Positions 56,201 through 61,644 of a stretch of DNA of 61,644 bases are shown in pieces. A program made the position numbers and the translations under genes. The notes under the pieces are model-generated. The model did no database searches and was not told the origin of the DNA. It worked only from the letters and a program-made list of their open reading frames with translations. The stretch is from an uncultured virus (IMG/VR IMGVR_UViG_3300037493_005316) (lineage: Duplodnaviria > Heunggongvirae > Uroviricota > Caudoviricetes), in the IMG/VR virus record IMGVR_UViG_3300037493_005316, one strand, 5' to 3'. The first letter of the stretch is position 1. Each line of letters opens with the position of its first letter.

Positions 56201-58939
56201 CTACGCCGGAGGCGGCGCGTTCAGCCCGGGAACCGCGCTGTAAGAGGACTTTCCACCCCCAGGGGGTTCAGGCGAGATCACTTCGGGCGGGATCTGATAG
56301 AACCACTCCATCTTGCCGCCGACGCGGCGTTGTTTCCGCGAGCACTCCAGAGTCTTCAGGATTTTCGCAACGCGCATCTCCTGCGCGCGGTTGATCTGCC
56401 CGAGCGGAAGCATGAGACACACCGTCAGCACTTCGGCCATCGTAATCGCCGACTTCTTGTTGTCGACGATGTAGTTCAGAACCAAGGAATCCCACGCGTC
56501 CGACTGTTGGAATCGCTCCGACGCCTGGGAGAGCAACGTCATGTCCGTCATGTCGTACCAGTACGACTCGCCCCGATCGAACCTCACGACAGCTTCGGCC
56601 CAAAGCTGATCTCGGTTCGTGGTGATCCACTCCGCATCGACCTGCCGAACTTCGACGGGGATGAAGCGACGACTACCTGAAGCGTCCGCGAGGAACTGCT
56701 CTTCGTTCGTGCTGCCGACGAGGATCGTCTGCCGATGACGACGCTGCATGTGGTGACCATACGGCGGCCGGAACTTGTCGGTCGTGCTGGAGATGAACGC
56801 CTTCACCTTCGTCGTCTCCGCCTTCTTGACGGAGTCCAACTCGCTCAGCTCGTAGAACCACGTTCCTTGAAGCTGAAGAATCGAGTCCTTGTCACCGATG
56901 TCTCGCATCAACGAGTCGTCGAACCATGACGCACCTGCAAGGGCTTTGAGCCCCGTTGATTTCTTGCGCCCCTGGGCGCCGTACAGAACGACGACCGTGT
57001 CCACCTTGCACCCGGCAGGGCTCAGCACCCGCGCGACCGCGCCGATGCACAGCTTGGTACCGGCCTCGCTCAGGTACTTGATGTCGACTGTCTCCGCGCC
57101 GTCCGCCGACACGCCCGTCACGGCTACTTTGCCCGTGATGTTTCCAGCGGCTCCGAAGCCCCTTCGCATCAGGTGTTCGAGTCGAGAGACCCCATCCCAA
57201 ACGAGACCTCGCAGGTAGTCCGCGACGGGGTTGAATTCGTGCTTGCGGGCCACGGATAACATCGCTTCGCGCAGGATGTTAGTACCCACGTCTACGAGGT
57301 ATCGACGCTGAATGTCGGCGTTGATCTCGGTGTCCAGGTGATCCGTAGCCGAACGGGTGCTTCCCTCGTGGACGAGCTGGATGTCCTCGGCGAAGAGGTT
57401 GTACTTGATCTTCCCGACGTACGCCGGATCCGTCTCGATGATGGCAAGCACGTTCGCCAAGACCGACTTCGGACCCTTTTCCGTCATCAGCAGTTTGCCC
57501 ACCGTGGCGGTGTCGCTACCGCTGATGAGATTGTTCAGAATCTGAGTCTTCTTCTTCGTCGCTTTGAGGATCTTATCGGCCTCTTGGATCTTGTCTGCAA
57601 GCCGCTTCACGCGCTGCTTGCTAGCGATAAGCTCCTTCGCAGCCTCATCACTCGCAGGATCTGACTCCGACGTGCTTATTTTCGCCAGCCCCTGCCGGTA
57701 CTTCAGCTTCACCTTCGCCCGAGCTTCTTCGAGCTGCGCCTCTGCGTGTTCCGCGCGCAACCGTTCGAGCGCCCTTTCCAGGCGAGCACAAGTCGCGGCA
57801 GCATCCTCGACCGTCTCCCCTCCCGTCCCAGAAGACGAGTCGTCCTGGGAAGGCTCAGGCTTCTCGGGACGACCGAGCTGCACAGGGCTAGTCACATCCC
57901 CAACGGGCTTCCCGAGGGGGCAGTCCTTACAGGCGTTCGACAGCTTCCGGATGTTCTCGCAGCCGCGCGGGCCCGCATCGACGACTGCCCGCTTGAGCTT
58001 CTCCTCCGTCTCGTCGTAGGAGTACCCGCCGTGAGCGGCTCCGATCTCGTGCGCGGACTTCCGACCGTCCTTGCAGCGGCCGATGATCGATAGCCAAGCG
58101 AACCACTCAGGCTCGGGGAGCTTCGCGGCGTTGTCTCGCGCATGCCGCATGAAGGCGCACTTCGACTCGATCAGCCCTAGATCCTCCAACTCGTGGCAGT
58201 TCTGGATCCCCGCGAACATGGGCTGCTTCAGCCGCGGGCGCCCCTCCATCTTCTTCAAGAAGGCGGCGATGATGTCCGCCGACGCTTTCTCCGCGACGTT
58301 CTGCGGCTGTACGAAATCCGAGTTGGGCGTAGGCGTCGCAGATGCGGGAGGCACCCCTACTTCGGGGGTGCTGAAAATTTCGTCGACGTTGAGCGCCTCT
58401 CCAGCATGGTGCTCCGAGATCGCACCTTGCTCGAAGTCGACCCGGCGCGTCGGAATGAAGAACATCCGGCTGGGTTCCGAGATCGGATCTGGAAGCGCTC
58501 CCCGACCGCTCGTGTACTTGAGCGCCCACCGCTCCCACAGCCACGTGTGTTCCGTGGCCGTGACAGGGCGAGAGTACGGCAACACGATCCGGAAACGATG
58601 GGCGTCGATCCGGTGGGACGCTGTCGTATGAAGCACGTACTCAAAGGCCGACCAGACGCTGCGCGCCTGTTCGATCGTGACGGAGCGATCTGCCTCGGGC
58701 TTCCAGTCGTAATCCAAGACGAGAGCGGTGACGGTCTCGATCCCCTGCGTCGTTTCGCCCTTCCTGCGAACCGCCCCGTCGCGGTACAGAGCCGGGGACC
58801 ACAGAGGGATCTTCTCCCGCTCCGCGGAAGAGTTGATGTCTGTCCACTCAAGGAAATCATCAGGCCATACGGACGTCGCGCGGTGGGGAAACGTGTCCTT
58901 GAGGTTCGTGAAGGTGGAATGCTCGATGGAAGTAGGCAT
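56201..58939 (-). CDS. Primase-helicase (AEP-like primase, Cys-cluster domain, VapE-type ATPase)
   Basis: LVLDYD, HTTASH, RFRIVLP, EPEWF and C...GC...C..C. VapE motifs WDGVSRL, G.QG.KKST, ELSEL, FRPPYG, GSTN and D.SGSRRF. Confidence 0.88.
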   Translation of the reverse strand: MPTSIEHSTFTNLKDTFPHRATSVWPDDFLEWTDINSSAEREKIPLWSPALYRDGAVRRKGETTQGIETVTALVLDYDWKPEADRSVTIEQARSVWSAFEYVLHTTASHRIDAHRFRIVLPYSRPVTATEHTWLWERWALKYTSGRGALPDPISEPSRMFFIPTRRVDFEQGAISEHHAGEALNVDEIFSTPEVGVPPASATPTPNSDFVQPQNVAEKASADIIAAFLKKMEGRPRLKQPMFAGIQNCHELEDLGLIESKCAFMRHARDNAAKLPEPEWFAWLSIIGRCKDGRKSAHEIGAAHGGYSYDETEEKLKRAVVDAGPRGCENIRKLSNACKDCPLGKPVGDVTSPVQLGRPEKPEPSQDDSSSGTGGETVEDAAATCARLERALERLRAEHAEAQLEEARAKVKLKYRQGLAKISTSESDPASDEAAKELIASKQRVKRLADKIQEADKILKATKKKTQILNNLISGSDTATVGKLLMTEKGPKSVLANVLAIIETDPAYVGKIKYNLFAEDIQLVHEGSTRSATDHLDTEINADIQRRYLVDVGTNILREAMLSVARKHEFNPVADYLRGLVWDGVSRLEHLMRRGFGAAGNITGKVAVTGVSADGAETVDIKYLSEAGTKLCIGAVARVLSPAGCKVDTVVVLYGAQGRKKSTGLKALAGASWFDDSLMRDIGDKDSILQLQGTWFYELSELDSVKKAETTKVKAFISSTTDKFRPPYGHHMQRRHRQTILVGSTNEEQFLADASGSRRFIPVEVRQVDAEWITTNRDQLWAEAVVRFDRGESYWYDMTDMTLLSQASERFQQSDAWDSLVLNYIVDNKKSAITMAEVLTVCLMLPLGQINRAQEMRVAKILKTLECSRKQRRVGGKMEWFYQIPPEVISPEPPGGGKSSYSAVPGLNAPPPA

Positions 58940-59010
58940 TGGGGGTGCCGCCTGAAGAGTAGAGCGCTGACGGAAGGAGAGGAGAGTGTGACTTCTGACA
59001 CTGAGAGAGC

Positions 59011-59045
59011 GGAGAAGCGCCTGGAAGGCTTGCGCTTCTCCTTTT
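59011..59045 (+). other. Stem-loop in the intergenic region upstream of the primase-helicase
   Basis: GGAGAAGCGC-N11-GCGCTTCTCC followed by TTTT on the + strand. Confidence 0.5.
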
Positions 59046-59256
59046 CGTCAGCTACATCAAGGTTAGAGGGTGGGTTGAGTCGGTGACACGACTCCCCACC
59101 CTTCGTTCGTCTATCCGTTGTACTTCACCCCCCGAGTGTTGTCTAGGGCTGGGGGCAACTCAGCAATCGCGCGCGAAAAATGCCGACTTTACGCCGACGC
59201 AGAATGCTTCTCCCACCGCTTTCGGCGTTGTCCGCTGTCTAGTCGTAGGTCGCCTT

Positions 59257-59808
59257 TCACGACGTTCTACCTGACGGTATCCGAAGAAGGCTTGCACCTT
59301 TTTCAGTAAAAAAGAGCCCGAGCCCTACAGCGTGCAGCACGTCGTTCAGGTACGTCGATCTTGACGGAATTAGGATCTTCGACTTCCAGTTCCGGTCCGC
59401 GACCTTCGCCTCGACTCTTGTTGCCATGATGGCCCGGGGCACCTGCCCCTTCCAAACCCCTGCGTCCACTCCAACGTGTCGCGCGAGGGGGAACCTCGCG
59501 CAAACCGCCATCGCGACGCCGTGCAGGTGGAGGAGATCCGCGGGACGCGCCTTGCCCGCGGTGTAAATCTTCATGGTCTCGACGCCTACCACGTCGGGGA
59601 CGAATCCTTTTCCCTGAAGCACGTCTTCGATCGCGCAGGCGAGCGAGACACAGGCCGCAGGACCCTCAAGGGTGTCGTCCGGTAGGGGTACAAACTGCGC
59701 GAAGTGAAGATCGACGCTCCGCTGATCCAGGACCGACGGTACGCTTCCCAAATCAAAACACGCGATTCCACACCCGTACTTCCCAGGGTCTACGGTCAGT
59801 ATCTTCAC
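59257..59808 (-). CDS. RuvC-like (RNase H fold) Holliday junction resolvase
   Basis: ILTVDPG...G, VGVE, WKG and D..HAVGLG. Confidence 0.65.
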   Translation of the reverse strand: MKILTVDPGKYGCGIACFDLGSVPSVLDQRSVDLHFAQFVPLPDDTLEGPAACVSLACAIEDVLQGKGFVPDVVGVETMKIYTAGKARPADLLHLHGVAMAVCARFPLARHVGVDAGVWKGQVPRAIMATRVEAKVADRNWKSKILIPSRSTYLNDVLHAVGLGLFFTEKGASLLRIPSGRTS

Positions 59809-60311
59809 GCTGTCTTGCCGCGCAACCACATCATCGCGCTCTTGAGCACAACGGGGTGCGGGTAGTACGGTTCGATCCCAGGCACTGAGACTCTACGCAA
59901 CGCCTCATCATGAGGCAGTCCGTCTTCCAGCCGAAGAATCGCATACGCGACGGAAGCGGATCTACTCAGTCCGGCCGCGCAGTGTACCAAGGTGGGGCCT
60001 TGTTCTCGGGCAAGGGACACTCGGGGAACGATCTCGTTGAGATGCCCTTTCGGGATAGGATGGCCGTCGTCGAACGGAGCCGAGAACACCTTGTCTGCGA
60101 AAGGCGCGTAGTCTCGCTCGATCGCGCCCTCGTCCAGTGTTCGACCACAGAGATCCACAACGAGCGCCCACCTCGTCCCGTGTGACGGAGAACCGTCCGC
60201 ACCTACGAACAAGTTCGGGCCCACCTCGCGAAGGTTTTGGGGTTCGAGCTTGTTGAGGGTTCTCGTAGGGGCAGTGATCCAACGAGGGTAACGAGTGCGC
60301 ATCGAGAGCAT
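59805..60311 (-). CDS. Dual-specificity/tyrosine phosphatase family protein
   Basis: PFDD loop and LVHCAAGLSRS (CX5R). Confidence 0.85.
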   Translation of the reverse strand: MLSMRTRYPRWITAPTRTLNKLEPQNLREVGPNLFVGADGSPSHGTRWALVVDLCGRTLDEGAIERDYAPFADKVFSAPFDDGHPIPKGHLNEIVPRVSLAREQGPTLVHCAAGLSRSASVAYAILRLEDGLPHDEALRRVSVPGIEPYYPHPVVLKSAMMWLRGKTA

Positions 60312-60459
60312 GTACCACTGTACCTCACGCTACGCACGAAGAAGGACAAGCGGGGCCTGTCGGTTGACTACGTAGTCATATGCCGCGTACTCGCTACACT
60401 TCCCTTCCAACGCGCGCCGTGATACGTTTTTGGCGCACCACTCCCCGAGGTCATCCGCC

Positions 60460-61644
60460 ATGGCAAACCGGTCCCCCATCAATCTCGGCGTGGATGACCT
60501 CCCCGGCGGAACGGGTCCCCGTAAAGTCGTCACGACGGATAATCTCGCGTTCCCGGCAGCCGGAGGCGCGCCCCCCTCTCCCGTGTCGGGAGCGGAGATG
60601 ACGGGCTACAAGGATACCGCCCCCTTGATCGGTGCGGACAACGTTCAAGATGCCATCACTGCTTTGAAGGGCGGCGGGGGCGGGGGCTTCACGCCGCCTG
60701 ACGAGTTTTGGGTTGACCAGAACGGGGCGGCCGGGACGTACCTGACGATCGGCGATGCGATGGCTGATGTTGTGAATCCCGGATCAATTCTGCATCTCCA
60801 TGGCGCGCAGACGCACTTGTGGGGTCCAGATGCGAGCACGCTCCTGTCTGCCTTGATTGGAACCTACGCAACGGGTTCCTTCACCGTGGTCACGGCTCCA
60901 CTGGCCGCTGGCGATGTCGTGATCGTCGTGACGGGCGTGGCGGGGCCGCGCACACCGGGATCTGATAACTTCGACGTAACGCTCGGGACGCCCGCACTCC
61001 TCGCAGCCGAAATCGCCGCCGCGCTGAACGACCCGTTGAACACGGCGACGGGCTTCAGCTACCTCGCGGTCGGCGCGACCATCACCATGACCGCGCTCGC
61101 ACCGGGACCGAGCGGAAACGGATTCCTGATTGCTGGGAACATCCTCACCGTTCCACCGGGCGGCGTCGTTGCCATCACGGCCGAGACAAGCGGGGGTGTA
61201 AACGCACGCCTCGACTTCCTCTCGTACAACGGCGCTGCGACCCTCACCAATGCGGCCGGTGGTGACTTCACTACAGATGCAATCCTCGGGTTCGATGGCA
61301 TCGACCTGTTGATCGCCGATGCCTACATCGGATGTGTCGCGACCTTCACGAACTGCACGGGGTCTTTTGGGTCCGCGCTCCTGATGAACTACTTGCAGGC
61401 CACCCCGGCAACGAATCCCCCGACACTCACGTTCAACGACTGCAACCTGCCCGAGAACTACTACTACTGCGACGTCGGCAGCAACAACAGCGCGGTGGTC
61501 TGGAACCGCTGCACGGTCGGGAAGACGGACGGGGCGCGGTTCGTCCACGACCCCACCGAGGTCGACAGTTCGTGGACCTTCAACGACTGCATCTTCCGAC
61601 CGACCATCGCTGGGGGAATCCCCGTGTTCGAGACGACGCAGACG
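60460..61644 (+). CDS. 5' part of a probable structural (tail fibre/spike-like) protein, truncated by the window edge
   Basis: GAGG RBS and ATG 60460. The frame appears open to the window end. NVQDAITAL, YLTIGDAM and later beta-helix-like F.NC repeats. Not in the ORF track because it has no stop. Confidence 0.65.
   Translation, partial: MANRSPINLGVDDLPGGTGPRKVVTTDNLAFPAAGGAPPSPVSGAEMTGYKDTAPLIGADNVQDAITALKGGGGGGFTPPDEFWVDQNGAAGTYLTIGDAMADVVNPGSILHLHGAQTHLWGPDASTLLSALIGTYATGSFTVVTAPLAAGDVVIVVTGVAGPRTPGSDNFDVTLGTPALLAAEIAAALNDPLNTATGFSYLAVGATITMTALAPGPSGNGFLIAGNILTVPPGGVVAITAETSGGVNARLDFLSYNGAATLTNAAGGDFTTDAILGFDGIDLLIADAYIGCVATFTNCTGSFGSALLMNYLQATPATNPPTLTFNDCNLPENYYYCDVGSNNSAVVWNRCTVGKTDGARFVHDPTEVDSSWTFNDCIFRPTIAGGIPVFETTQT

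Noticed and set aside
60784..61548. Minus-strand 254-aa ORF
   Set aside because: It is antisense to the better-supported + strand gene starting at 60460.

Overview
GC-rich, gene-dense segment of a large dsDNA phage or phage-plasmid. No rRNA, tRNA, CRISPR array or recognisable capsid/terminase gene was seen. From left to right it contains: (1) a 13.3-kb tandem array of five paralogous Amidoligase_2 (COOH-NH2 ligase)-like genes, each fused to Cys-rich repeats and mosaic accessory modules; (2) an HNH-like gene and a Cre-like tyrosine recombinase with a perfect 14-8-14 lox-like inverted repeat just upstream; (3) a + strand run of small genes, including an RRM protein and a collagen-like protein; (4) DNA-binding/ParB-like genes, Gly-zipper membrane proteins, three tandem ~100-aa paralogs and a lytic transglycosylase; (5) an accessory block (SNase-like nuclease, AlkB-like dioxygenase, EF-Ts-like protein, NADAR, histone-deacetylase-family protein, three DNA methyltransferases, one carrying a promoter+HNH cassette overprinted in its +1 frame); (6) a replication module (SMC-like ATPase, family A DNA polymerase with a Gln-terminated intein, SSB-like protein, SF2 helicase, HNH, PD-(D/E)XK exonuclease, primase-VapE helicase, RuvC-like nuclease, phosphatase); (7) the start of a probable structural gene. 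All family assignments are from motifs recognised by eye; no database search was run. Several start codons were re-chosen from RBS/overlap context.
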